64,000 nt of DNA from IMG/VR virus record IMGVR_UViG_3300036715_004471, positions 1 to 64,000 of that record. The stretch is one strand, 5' to 3'. The translations under genes were made by a program, and so were the position numbers. Positions 10,076 through 19,236 of the stretch are shown one piece after another. The notes under the pieces are model-generated. The model saw only the letters and a list, made by a program, of their open reading frames with translations, ran no database searches and was not told where the DNA came from. Position 1 is the stretch's first letter; each line of letters begins with the position of its first letter.

Positions 10076-10520
10076 TTTGTTTACTCAACTGATATTTTCT
10101 TAGAATATCAATTGCCTCGTTAATTTCTTCGATTGAAGGCTCTTCTTCTCTCAGAGCTTGCATCGTATCCACCATCTGAAAGATTTGCTTTTCTCCAAGA
10201 GTCTTACAGTGATTAAGCATATGTCTCGTAATATGTCTACGAGAAACACTATATATTCCTTTGAGTTTGTGGAACATTTCCATGTCACTATTGGACACTA
10301 GCTTGCCCTGGATTATATTAGACTCTACTTTCGAGAGAAAATTTCCGATGGGACCTTTAAGCTTGCCAATATTTCTGGAATATAATTCTTCTTGACACGC
10401 ATTTAACAGCTCATAGTTTTCAGACTTTTCAGCTTGCTTAAGCTTTTTGAGCAAACTCTTTTCATCGAGATCCTGCACAAATGGAGTCTGAAGATTTAGA
10501 TCAGAACAATCGGTCTTCAT
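10068..10520 (-). CDS. hypothetical protein
   Basis: 150 aa ORF overlapping the rtcB start. Confidence 0.65.
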   Translation of the reverse strand: MKTDCSDLNLQTPFVQDLDEKSLLKKLKQAEKSENYELLNACQEELYSRNIGKLKGPIGNFLSKVESNIIQGKLVSNSDMEMFHKLKGIYSVSRRHITRHMLNHCKTLGEKQIFQMVDTMQALREEEPSIEEINEAIDILRKYQLSKQNV

Positions 10521-10545
10521 AAAAAATTTCCAGAATATTTAATGT

Positions 10546-10632
10546 TGGTAGCGCTGGTGGGACTCGAAACCACACGCCCACAAGGGGCAACGGATTTTAA
10601 GTCCGTAGTGTCTGCCATTCCACCACAGCGCC
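10546..10632 (-). tRNA. tRNA-Leu(UAA)
   Basis: GGCGCTG/CAGCGCT acceptor, ACGGA-CTTAAAA-TCCGT anticodon arm, long variable arm, TTCGAGT loop, encoded CCA. Confidence 0.93.
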
Positions 10633-10667
10633 ATGGCTATCCCTATATATCAGGGAATGCCTAGAAA

Positions 10668-10883
10668 TTAATCATCTTCCTCTTCAAGAGGTTCGAAGTT
10701 TTCATCACCTTCGAATTCTAATTCTTCATCCTCTTCTAGATCGCCCTTGAGATCCACAAGCTCACCGTCTTCATCTTGACGCAAACCTGTATAAATGATT
10801 ACTTCGCCTTTCTTGTTGGTTTCAAAACGAAACCCACTAGGGAGATAATCTGACAGCAACTCTTCTAAATCTTCAAGATTCAT
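10668..10883 (-). CDS. acidic hypothetical protein
   Basis: Start MNLEDLEE after AAGGA RBS. Confidence 0.65.
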   Translation of the reverse strand: MNLEDLEELLSDYLPSGFRFETNKKGEVIIYTGLRQDEDGELVDLKGDLEEDEELEFEGDENFEPLEEEDD

Positions 10884-10893
10884 AAATAATCCT

Positions 10894-11250
10894 TTAAGTA
10901 TTGATGATGGGGAGAAATTTATCTTCCTCTTCTGGAATTCTCTCCCCCATGCCTTCATCCACATCGATGCCGAGATCATTTTCAATCTCAATGTTCTCAG
11001 AAATCTTATAGATTCCACCCTTTGCACCACGTTTTACTTCCACACCCGGATATCCCTTAATCAGGAATAACAGGGTTGGATAAAGCTGTGGTCCAGTCAT
11101 GTCACAATCTTTGGCGATATCATCAGACAAAACCGTGGCAGGAATCTTTTGCCCCACTTTAAGAGCTTCAATTTTTTCAGAAGCTTTCTGGAAAATCACA
11201 CGAATTTTATCCAGACTCATTTCAATATGTTTATTTACCACCGTTATCAC
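10894..11250 (-). CDS. hypothetical protein, possible winged helix
   Basis: VEVKRGAKGGIY wing-like motif. Confidence 0.55.
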   Translation of the reverse strand: MITVVNKHIEMSLDKIRVIFQKASEKIEALKVGQKIPATVLSDDIAKDCDMTGPQLYPTLLFLIKGYPGVEVKRGAKGGIYKISENIEIENDLGIDVDEGMGERIPEEEDKFLPIINT

Positions 11251-11880
11251 CTATTTATTCTTTCGATTTTTTATTTCTTGTTTTATATCTTGCTTAAGTG
11301 CCTTGATAATATTCTCCGTCTGTGACAAAGAATATTCTTTCGAACCAGATGTATCAATAAAGAAATCACTTACCAATTTCTTATCTTCTAAAGACATCTG
11401 TGAGTTGATGCGATCCCAAGCTTCTTTTTGAGAAAGATTATTGCGTTTCACCAATCTTTCAACTTGAATGCTAGTCGGGCACCCCACCAAAATCAAGGGG
11501 CGGAATTTATCAGCCATTCCACGTTCGATAATAATGGCAGCATCATATCCAGCCATTTCAACTCCATTTTTAGATAGAAGATCGAACTGTTGTCTAGCAG
11601 CTTCTTCAATCAATGGGCTCATAATGGCAGTTACATGAGCTAATACTTCTTTTTGTGCAAAAGCCCACTTGCCAAAGTTAACACGATCCAATTTGCCATC
11701 CGGCAATAACCAGCGGCTTCCAAACTCTTCAATGAATGTTTTGAGACCAATGGAACCAGGCTCAATAACCTGTCTAGCCAAAAGGTCCGCATCAACCATA
11801 GGAACACCATGGTTTTTGAAAGTATTAGAAACAGTGCTCTTTCCAGAAGCAATTCCGCCGGTTAAGCCAAAGATAAGCAT
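11251..11880 (-). CDS. coaE: dephospho-CoA kinase
   Basis: GLTGGIASGKSTV, VDADLLAR, LDR, QVERLVKRN, RINSQM. Confidence 0.92.
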   Translation of the reverse strand: MLIFGLTGGIASGKSTVSNTFKNHGVPMVDADLLARQVIEPGSIGLKTFIEEFGSRWLLPDGKLDRVNFGKWAFAQKEVLAHVTAIMSPLIEEAARQQFDLLSKNGVEMAGYDAAIIIERGMADKFRPLILVGCPTSIQVERLVKRNNLSQKEAWDRINSQMSLEDKKLVSDFFIDTSGSKEYSLSQTENIIKALKQDIKQEIKNRKNK

Positions 11881-11881
11881 C

Positions 11882-12178
11882 TTAATCGTTCATCCATCCA
11901 AAGAAAAGATAATCAATCCCGCCATCGATGTTCTTATATCGCTGGCACAGCGCATAGAAACATTTTTCTTCTTTTTCTAAATGCGCCTTTGCCAGTTTGA
12001 TTGCCGCATCATAATTAGCAGCCGGTTCGCCAGAAATCAGCCACCAGGAATACTTTTCAGCAATAGTACCCAAATAAACTCCATGGTCACACTCTTTCTG
12101 AGTAATTGCTACTGACAATTTGAAAGCTTCACTAGCATCCCGCCCGTGAGCACCAATCATAAAAGTAGTCATATTCAA
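11882..12178 (-). CDS. hypothetical phage protein
   Basis: 98 aa; GTIAEK..YLFFGW. Confidence 0.65.
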   Translation of the reverse strand: MNMTTFMIGAHGRDASEAFKLSVAITQKECDHGVYLGTIAEKYSWWLISGEPAANYDAAIKLAKAHLEKEEKCFYALCQRYKNIDGGIDYLFFGWMND

Positions 12179-12891
12179 TACACCATTCTAGTGATTTTGG
12201 CAAATGTGTCGGACCAAGAAGGATGTTCATCCAAGTTATGACGCACAATTCGATCAATTTGAATGCATTTTCTGACAGTAATTAGGAAAACTTCTGGCTC
12301 CACATCTTTGAGAGCCATTCCTACATTGTCAATGTAAACATCTCTTCGGCGAGGATCCTCACCAGTATGATCCAAGCTGTTGGCAAGTTTGTAACACAAC
12401 AACGTTGCAATCATAATCTGATTAGAATATGAAAGGTTATACAAATCAACCTTTTCACCAACCATGATATTATTAACCATAGTCAAAATATCCTGACCAG
12501 GGGTGGAGCCAATCAATGAATCAATATAGTCAATTGGATTGCTAACATTGGCATTAAGCACATTGGACATGATTTTGAATTCATTTCCAATAGATTTGAA
12601 TACTTTATCAATCTCTGCACGCAAATCACGGAGACTTAGATTAAGAAAAGCATTCATTCCCCAATACATAGCATTCTTATTTGCCGATAATGCCAAAGGC
12701 ACATCGCTGATTACTAGATGGTGTTGCATCTGTACCATCACAAGCATCTGGTAATTATTACCACCAAGCCCACTTCCGACATGTTCGTTATTCTCTCGAA
12801 TACCAAGTTCAAGAATAATAGCCGAAGCTCTACGCGAGGCTCGAGAAATTTCGTCACTACTAATAGCAGGACTGATATGATCGAATTTCAT
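12175..12891 (-). CDS. hypothetical protein
   Basis: Likely start MKFDHIS after AAGGA. Confidence 0.65.
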   Translation of the reverse strand: MKFDHISPAISSDEISRASRRASAIILELGIRENNEHVGSGLGGNNYQMLVMVQMQHHLVISDVPLALSANKNAMYWGMNAFLNLSLRDLRAEIDKVFKSIGNEFKIMSNVLNANVSNPIDYIDSLIGSTPGQDILTMVNNIMVGEKVDLYNLSYSNQIMIATLLCYKLANSLDHTGEDPRRRDVYIDNVGMALKDVEPEVFLITVRKCIQIDRIVRHNLDEHPSWSDTFAKITRMVY

Positions 12892-12970
12892 CTGACAATC
12901 TTTCAAAATGAAATGTTTTAAGAACTCCAGTTTTTGGGAGGAACTGGCAAACCCAGGGCGCGCATTACGA

Positions 12971-13300
12971 TTATACGACGCCTCCACCATCCATGGCGAA
13001 GAACTCGCCATGGATGGGCACTACATCATTTGTAATCTCACATACGAGATTACATTTGAACCATCCAAATTGTTCTGCTGTTTTTCTAGTATGACAGTTT
13101 GCGCAACGTACTTCACATTTTAATATTTCATTATTTATAATATCCAATGATAAACCACGGTTCATCATTTGGCTATTCCCTTATTTTTAATGCCGCGAAC
13201 ATGATCAAATTGTAAAACAATAGGATCTTTTTCACCACAATCAATACAAGGATTATTCATCAGATAAGAATAAATAAATTCTCTATATGCATAGTTTTAT
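12971..13300 (-). pseudogene. frameshifted, 5'-truncated HNH endonuclease
   Basis: [30 protein letters not shown] continues in another frame as MMNRG..KCEVRCANCH; shift at 13168-13170. Confidence 0.75.
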
Positions 13301-13306
13301 TAAAAT

Positions 13307-13639
13307 TTAACTATTCCGTATACTTTCCATTGGCAGATCAATTATTTTATCTTGAAAATCATCTAATTCATCTATTAAATGCATAGAGGGATCTACTAAA
13401 ATTTCTATACGACAAACGTTTTCGTCCGAATCTATTCCCTCAAATTCTCGATCAGCAATCAAAGTAAACCCCATGGTTCCTAAGTTCATTGCTTCTGGAT
13501 CTCGAGCCATATTAACCATAGTTTCTTGAATGGTATTACGAATTTCTTCTTCTTTACCCAAAAAGCTCTGATTGTTATTAGAAATAAATTCTACCGCACT
13601 ATCTAACTGTAATTGTGAATAAGAGATACGAATTTCCAT
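13307..13639 (-). CDS. hypothetical protein
   Basis: 110 aa ORF. Confidence 0.65.
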   Translation of the reverse strand: MEIRISYSQLQLDSAVEFISNNNQSFLGKEEEIRNTIQETMVNMARDPEAMNLGTMGFTLIADREFEGIDSDENVCRIEILVDPSMHLIDELDDFQDKIIDLPMESIRNS

Positions 13640-13657
13640 ATCTCAATATTATAGCCA

Positions 13658-14131
13658 TCAGACAGCAAGCTGCAACTGGTGACAAATCATTTCTAATGCC
13701 AAGGCATCTTTTTTTAATTTTGCCAACATCCCTTGGATCTGGGTAGCGTCGATAACGATTCCGGATCTTCGCATAAAAGATGGAATAACTCTGATATTAT
13801 CAAAGTAAAGTGATACTCGACTATCATCGAACCGAAGATCAACATCATCACCCAAATCAAAAGATGAATGATATCCATGCCATGTTAATTCGACAAGTTT
13901 GGCAATTATCTCATCACGTAATGAACCGGCGTATTCTAAATAAACAGACTTACCATTTGGTTTGATACGCCATTCTGTTCCATCCAGAAGTCGTTCTTCT
14001 TCAATTATTCCTTTAACCAATAGTCGATTTTGTTCTTCTAACTGGTAAGATTGTTCTAGCAATTCATCAGACTGACTATTAAGCTCTTCGATCTTCAACT
14101 GGTTAGCTGTAAATTCTTCTCTTTTAGACAT
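13658..14131 (-). CDS. hypothetical protein
   Basis: 157 aa, coiled-coil N-terminus. Confidence 0.65.
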   Translation of the reverse strand: MSKREEFTANQLKIEELNSQSDELLEQSYQLEEQNRLLVKGIIEEERLLDGTEWRIKPNGKSVYLEYAGSLRDEIIAKLVELTWHGYHSSFDLGDDVDLRFDDSRVSLYFDNIRVIPSFMRRSGIVIDATQIQGMLAKLKKDALALEMICHQLQLAV

Positions 14132-14212
14132 GGTTCTGTCCTAATTGTTACAATAAGTTAAGCTATTAAACCTCCAAGAATTTAACCGCTTTGCCCTTAT
14201 CCTAAGTAAGGT

Positions 14213-14449
14213 TCACTTACAAACACTGTCTGTGCAAGAAAGAGAGCCTTCACACTGAGTAGAGCTAGTGCATTTATCCCCGCGCCTGAGTGTCGGGTGC
14301 GAATTCATTTTTGTTCCGACAATAGTATAAGTGGCACAAGTACCACAAGTTGCCAGGGGAACACCAATCACAAGACCGACGACCCCAAATAATATCCAAA
14401 CCCATGGGCTTAACTTACTTGACTTTTTAGATTCCATTTTATTTACCAC
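14213..14449 (-). CDS. small membrane protein with Cys-rich C-terminus
   Basis: One TM; CTSSTQCEGSLSCTDSVC. Confidence 0.6.
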   Translation of the reverse strand: MVNKMESKKSSKLSPWVWILFGVVGLVIGVPLATCGTCATYTIVGTKMNSHPTLRRGDKCTSSTQCEGSLSCTDSVCK

Positions 14450-14634
14450 GATCTAAGGATAATATCCTTGTTGCAGTTGGGGCATACAATCCATTCCCGA
14501 CCATCGGGACCGCCGCTATAGTCTGTGCCATGATATTCTTTAACATCATTTAAGACATAAGCGATTGTATGACCACAACTATAGCATACCGTCTGTTTTT
14601 CCTTTAGGGGAATTTCTTTAAGAACACGTGCCAT
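14443..14634 (-). CDS. small Zn-ribbon protein
   Basis: CYSCG...CPNC. Confidence 0.65.
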   Translation of the reverse strand: MARVLKEIPLKEKQTVCYSCGHTIAYVLNDVKEYHGTDYSGGPDGREWIVCPNCNKDIILRSW

Positions 14635-14635
14635 A

Positions 14636-14941
14636 TTATCTCCTTACCCACCCAATGGATAATACAATTCTTCGTTTAGATACTTTTTCCACACTATGTG
14701 GCATAATATCTGGACGAAAGAACTTTACCCTACCACATGAAAAGATAGTTTCTCCAAGAAACTTATCCTCCCCATATAGAAGAAGATTTATTCTGAAATG
14801 ACAGAATCCGGGCACAGGATCCACATGGATGGGAATATGTGAATCGGGCGGATAATCTATCAGATAGCAATCAAAAGATTTTCCAACCAATAGTTTTAGT
14901 TTTCTGTATCCGGTTTCTTGCCTACCAACTTCCCACTTCAT
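14636..14941 (-). CDS. 2OG-Fe(II) oxygenase/cupin-like protein
   Basis: HVD...HSV...RIVLS motif spacing. Confidence 0.7.
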   Translation of the reverse strand: MKWEVGRQETGYRKLKLLVGKSFDCYLIDYPPDSHIPIHVDPVPGFCHFRINLLLYGEDKFLGETIFSCGRVKFFRPDIMPHSVEKVSKRRIVLSIGWVRR

Positions 14942-14986
14942 GAACTCATACGAGCGTAAACGCTAGCCGTAAACACATTGAGGGCA

Positions 14987-15217
14987 CTACATCCTAGGAA
15001 TCTTAGTTGTTTCGTCGTATGAAGGTTTCACTGCCAAACTTATTTGGTGCAAGACTCTTGTCATGCCCAATTCAGATTCTTTTGATCTTAACTTCATCTG
15101 AGTTACAGTTAATTTGTTGTGCAATTTATCGTTGTCACGCATCAAGCGCCTAACAATTACTACGAAATATAACACGATCATTACTAGAACAATACCTAGT
15201 GTTATTGTTATTTGCAT
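14987..15217 (-). CDS. membrane-anchored hypothetical protein
   Basis: Start MQITITLG; N-terminal TM then coiled coil. Confidence 0.6.
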   Translation of the reverse strand: MQITITLGIVLVMIVLYFVVIVRRLMRDNDKLHNKLTVTQMKLRSKESELGMTRVLHQISLAVKPSYDETTKIPRM

Positions 15218-15231
15218 AAATCCTTTATAGG

Positions 15232-15303
15232 TGGTTCCAAAGGGAATCGAACCCTTATAGCCGGGGTTAGAATCCGGCGCCCTAGCCGTTGGACGATGGA
15301 ACC
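15232..15303 (-). tRNA. tRNA with CUA anticodon (amber suppressor type)
   Basis: GGTTCCA/TGGAACC acceptor, GTCC/GGGC D stem, CCGGA-TTCTAAC-CCCGG anticodon arm, AAGGG-TTCGATT-CCCTT T arm. Confidence 0.85.
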
Positions 15304-15333
15304 GTATGCTGGACGGATCCAGCATTATAGAGA

Positions 15334-15672
15334 TCAAATCTCTCGATGGGAAGAGTATTCCTGATCATCGGTTACAAACTCCACGTGCCTGTATGTGGAT
15401 TTCGCCACATTGACTACCGGTGGAGGTGGAGGAGGAATTGGTGGTTTGGGAGCAAAAAATGCTTCCGATTTACCGAATAACCAGACTCCCGGTAGCCACA
15501 AAATGTGGTACCCGATAATCACAACAATAGCAAGTGGCCAAACCACAGACCCAATTAGTCCAAGAATCAAAACCTCTTCACTATCTAGTGATGTCCTTGC
15601 CCTCAAGAAAGGAACAACAACAAAAGCCCCAAACAATGCTACCGCTAGATAGATTATTAATAGTTCAATCAT
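15334..15672 (-). CDS. membrane protein with Pro-rich tail
   Basis: Two TM segments with WP motif. Confidence 0.65.
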   Translation of the reverse strand: MIELLIIYLAVALFGAFVVVPFLRARTSLDSEEVLILGLIGSVVWPLAIVVIIGYHILWLPGVWLFGKSEAFFAPKPPIPPPPPPVVNVAKSTYRHVEFVTDDQEYSSHREI

Positions 15673-15684
15673 GACACATGTTTC

Positions 15685-15867
15685 TCACTTGAGAATAGAT
15701 TCCCAATTCTTAACTGAGAATGGGAACAGACAAATTTGAAGGGCTGCTGCTGTTAATGCGCCGACATGCCACGTACCCAAAAGCACCACACATAGAACCG
15801 AAGTAAATAGTACGACACCGACCGTCTGGCAAAGAGCCGCCATGAAAGCTTTTGTACCAAGAGACAT
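15685..15867 (-). CDS. small membrane protein
   Basis: 60 aa hydrophobic. Confidence 0.55.
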   Translation of the reverse strand: MSLGTKAFMAALCQTVGVVLFTSVLCVVLLGTWHVGALTAAALQICLFPFSVKNWESILK

Positions 15868-15868
15868 A

Positions 15869-16267
15869 TTACGTATTCCTTAAATGTTTTGTATTTGCAA
15901 TAGTGATATGAAAACAACCAGTACCATCTGGCGGTTTTGTTAATTCGTTGGTTGCTGTCAACCCCAATTCCAATCTCAATTCTTCCAAAAACTCGCTTGA
16001 AACATTGAGCCAGAAATACATTCCATTATCAAATACAAAAGAATCATATTCAAAATCTATTTCAAGATTCTGATATTTGTTACAATATTCAATTTGAGCT
16101 GGCGTTTCGTTTCTCAAAACCGAAATATGAGAATCATACATCGGTCTCCGACATCTGTAGTATTTTGGAATTAAAGATCTATAATAATCTCCAAGCTGAT
16201 TGTCAACTTCAACAATCAATTTAAAAGGATTATTCTGATAGATCAGTCTTCCTCTGGAGGTGTGCAT
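15869..16267 (-). CDS. 2H phosphoesterase family protein
   Basis: Two HxS/T motifs: HISV and HITI about 75 aa apart. Confidence 0.7.
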   Translation of the reverse strand: MHTSRGRLIYQNNPFKLIVEVDNQLGDYYRSLIPKYYRCRRPMYDSHISVLRNETPAQIEYCNKYQNLEIDFEYDSFVFDNGMYFWLNVSSEFLEELRLELGLTATNELTKPPDGTGCFHITIANTKHLRNT

Positions 16268-16755
16268 GTGAAAAAATGTTCTGGAAGAACTCTTCCTTTA
16301 TCTGTCAATTGATATCCAAGAGCCTCTAATCTATGATCCTCTGCAACAACTTCTTGTGCCGAGGAGACGCAAGTTAATGGATGACCTAAGTGATTATAGC
16401 GATAACATTTTCCATTGCAAGGAACCCATGGTCCAGCAATCATTGGTGGATTTGAAATCAATCTCCACGCTTCTTCGATTGATGAATTTTCATGTTCCAA
16501 ACAATCAATAGCTTCATCAAGCACATCTTGAGCCCAATGGTCCTCAATTTCTTTATTCAGATTGAGAACCATATTTCCCCGAAGCGGACCATACTTCGCA
16601 TATAGTTCCGGCAACTTGTTGTGATTATTTGGACTTACACATACATGTAAGATTCCAGTAACCTCCGCTAAGAGTGCCTCTCTTACAATGGTAAACATAC
16701 GCGGGCGGGCTCTCATGTTTCGGAACAGTTTTAATGCCATAGTAATGTGTTCCAT
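16243..16755 (-). CDS. hypothetical protein
   Basis: 170 aa ORF. Confidence 0.6.
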   Translation of the reverse strand: MEHITMALKLFRNMRARPRMFTIVREALLAEVTGILHVCVSPNNHNKLPELYAKYGPLRGNMVLNLNKEIEDHWAQDVLDEAIDCLEHENSSIEEAWRLISNPPMIAGPWVPCNGKCYRYNHLGHPLTCVSSAQEVVAEDHRLEALGYQLTDKGRVLPEHFFTCTPPEED

Positions 16756-16798
16756 TAATTCTCCAGCTCCACTACTTCCAAAAATACTCCCTTATACC

Positions 16799-17209
16799 TC
16801 AGTGATCATAGAGCTGTTCTGATTCAATGAGCTCATCACCAATCAGCTTGCAAGCCGTTTTGATCCGACTGTATCTACACATGTCCGCAAAGTCCATTTT
16901 GTAATCGATAAGATGTTTCATCATATCGAAACAGGCATTCTGCTCGATAGTAATAAAGTGATAGGTACCACTGAGAAATTCATATACATTGATTTTGAAC
17001 TTCTTTCCAAAATCATACTCATCTCCACCTGATCCGAAGCAAGGATCTTGCTCCGCATAATCCAGCTTGTAATGAGGATAACTATCAGTGTTTTCATCTT
17101 CACTAATGACTGCGCCAGTAAAGTCACAACGATACTCCTTAAATTCCCAAGTGGAATAAGGCTTGCCATTGTCGGAGCGATACTTAGTAACTTTCTCGTA
17201 GATTTTCAC
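16799..17209 (-). CDS. hypothetical protein
   Basis: 136 aa, GTGA overlap with upstream gene. Confidence 0.65.
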   Translation of the reverse strand: MKIYEKVTKYRSDNGKPYSTWEFKEYRCDFTGAVISEDENTDSYPHYKLDYAEQDPCFGSGGDEYDFGKKFKINVYEFLSGTYHFITIEQNACFDMMKHLIDYKMDFADMCRYSRIKTACKLIGDELIESEQLYDH

Positions 17210-18126
17210 GACACTTCCTTGTTTCTATGATTCTGGAAATAATCCAATAGTTTAATTTCACTGAAAGGAAATCTTTGTTCAGACGTACTAGATGGTGCAA
17301 ATTTTTGCTCCACACCATCAATGTACATAGTGAATACAAAGTCATCCCCCATATAAAATTTTGCCCAAGCATCTTCGGTGAAGAATCTTTGTAGATTCAT
17401 TTGCTTAATTGCAAGGTTGTCAAAAGAAAGAATCAAGCCTTTCTTCTTGAAATAAGTTGCCAAGGTAGTATACCATTGGTACTTATTCTCTTCAATTCTT
17501 TTGTTTCTTAAATAGTAGTTTAGACCAAATCCAAACACCTTATATCCAAGAACCAAGACCTTACAGGTGCGGTTGTATTCGGCACACAAAGAAGATAGAA
17601 TGTCAATGTCATGAACAGTATTGATACCCATGATCACATGGAACACGACACAATCAGTTGCCTCTAGGATAGGTTTAATATCCTCAATGTACGCGGGTGA
17701 AGAATAAGAAATCCCCACACCAAATACCAATTCATCTTTCACCAGATTCAAAATCAAATCTTTATATGGTTTGAGATGTTTTTGATTGATGGTGATATTG
17801 GGAATAATTCCTTTGGCGCGAAGCTCCCTCAAGAAAGGAATCAAGCCGGGATGGGAAAGTGGATTACCACCGCCGATAGCGATTTCAACGCCTGCCGGCA
17901 AAGACAAAAGAACGTTCAACAGAACATCCAAGTCACCATGCAATCCCTTAACAGTGGATTTCTCATGGCAAAAACTACACCCGGCATCGCAGTAATTAGT
18001 AATCTTTACGTCGATTGATTCCGGATGAGTCGGACTTGGAGTTCCGTCAAACGTTCTCTCTTTAGTTCCATCCTCGTACAGACACACACGCGTGTTACCG
18101 TTTTGATACGAGTGCAGGATATTCAT
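17206..18126 (-). CDS. radical SAM protein
   Basis: CDAGCSFC (CxxxCxxC), GGGNPL. Confidence 0.9.
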   Translation of the reverse strand: MNILHSYQNGNTRVCLYEDGTKERTFDGTPSPTHPESIDVKITNYCDAGCSFCHEKSTVKGLHGDLDVLLNVLLSLPAGVEIAIGGGNPLSHPGLIPFLRELRAKGIIPNITINQKHLKPYKDLILNLVKDELVFGVGISYSSPAYIEDIKPILEATDCVVFHVIMGINTVHDIDILSSLCAEYNRTCKVLVLGYKVFGFGLNYYLRNKRIEENKYQWYTTLATYFKKKGLILSFDNLAIKQMNLQRFFTEDAWAKFYMGDDFVFTMYIDGVEQKFAPSSTSEQRFPFSEIKLLDYFQNHRNKEVS

Positions 18127-18128
18127 GA

Positions 18129-19016
18129 TTAAATTTTATTGATTTTGATTGTTACTTTCAACGAATCCACGATCTCATCACACTTATAGGTTCTACCAGT
18201 GGGATTATATTTTGGATCGATCTCTGATTCATCAATACCGTAGACTGATTTAGTCTTGTAGAAGGTGATGTATCCTTCTGTCCAATGGGCATAGGTATCA
18301 AGCTCTTGACCATTAACATCAGCTGTACCCCAAGAAGAAACCTTGAAAGGCTCTCTCATTGCTCTCTTCTTTGCCCAGGTGGCAGCGTCATCATTAGGAT
18401 CATTATCATAATCCCAATCTTTGCGCTCTAGAGCTGGATGATTTTTGGTTAAAGAATCCATCGCTTTGTAAACCGCGTCGCCCTCGGGATACGTTACGAA
18501 CTTGGCAGTTTCGGTAACGCCATCAATCGTTAGTTCGTAATTGTATTTGATATTGCTATCAACATCAAAAAAATTAGGCGGCTCATAATCATTGTCATTG
18601 CCGGTAAACAACCATGAGTTAGGATTGAAAATGAAGTTCTTCAAAGTCTCTTCATTCTTAAATGCCTCTACGGCAGTACCAACAGACTGGTGATCAATAT
18701 AGCTGTATCCAGCACTTTTGTAATCTGGACTCATATCGAAGATGACCTTTTTTGCACCCGTGTGCGCGCAGATTACTTCAGCCAGCATATGAAGACTGTT
18801 AGGATTTTCCTGTAAGTCAACGGCGCAATAGTTGGCTTTGGTCATAGGATCATTGAACTTATCCCAAGCCCAACCAAACTCACCACCAGAAAGAATGATG
18901 GATCCATCTGCGTTAGGCACAATGGTATCCAAGATACCATCCGAAGAGGATGAGATTGAAATGCTGTGAGTGCTGGACGAATTGGTCTCGAAGACCCCGT
19001 GTCTAATGTTTTTCAT
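18129..19016 (-). CDS. conserved phage protein with N-terminal FETNSSSTHS motif
   Basis: IRHGVFETNSSSTHSI, GEFGW, YIDHQS. Confidence 0.7.
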   Translation of the reverse strand: MKNIRHGVFETNSSSTHSISISSSSDGILDTIVPNADGSIILSGGEFGWAWDKFNDPMTKANYCAVDLQENPNSLHMLAEVICAHTGAKKVIFDMSPDYKSAGYSYIDHQSVGTAVEAFKNEETLKNFIFNPNSWLFTGNDNDYEPPNFFDVDSNIKYNYELTIDGVTETAKFVTYPEGDAVYKAMDSLTKNHPALERKDWDYDNDPNDDAATWAKKRAMREPFKVSSWGTADVNGQELDTYAHWTEGYITFYKTKSVYGIDESEIDPKYNPTGRTYKCDEIVDSLKVTIKINKI

Positions 19017-19236
19017 TTGACTTCTCGCTATTTAGAAACTGTTGAACTCTAACCACAATATCTACTGCAACACCGCTCGCCCTGATGTCATGGCAACCAT
19101 TGGCAATGAATTTGGAAAGAGATTTTACGCCTTTATGATTATGGCAAACGAAGTCCATTAACATTCTTGAGATGTCACGATGGAGCTTTAGTGATTCCTC
19201 GTTGTAGCCAACTGGAATAAGTTCTTTATTTGCCAT
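19003..19236 (-). CDS. hypothetical protein
   Basis: 77 aa ORF. Confidence 0.5.
   Translation of the reverse strand: MANKELIPVGYNEESLKLHRDISRMLMDFVCHNHKGVKSLSKFIANGCHDIRASGVAVDIVVRVQQFLNSEKSNEKH

Noticed and set aside
14987-15337. Long version of ORF 14987..15337
   Set aside because: The first 40 codons run through the CUA tRNA; the start at 15217 has an AAGGA RBS.
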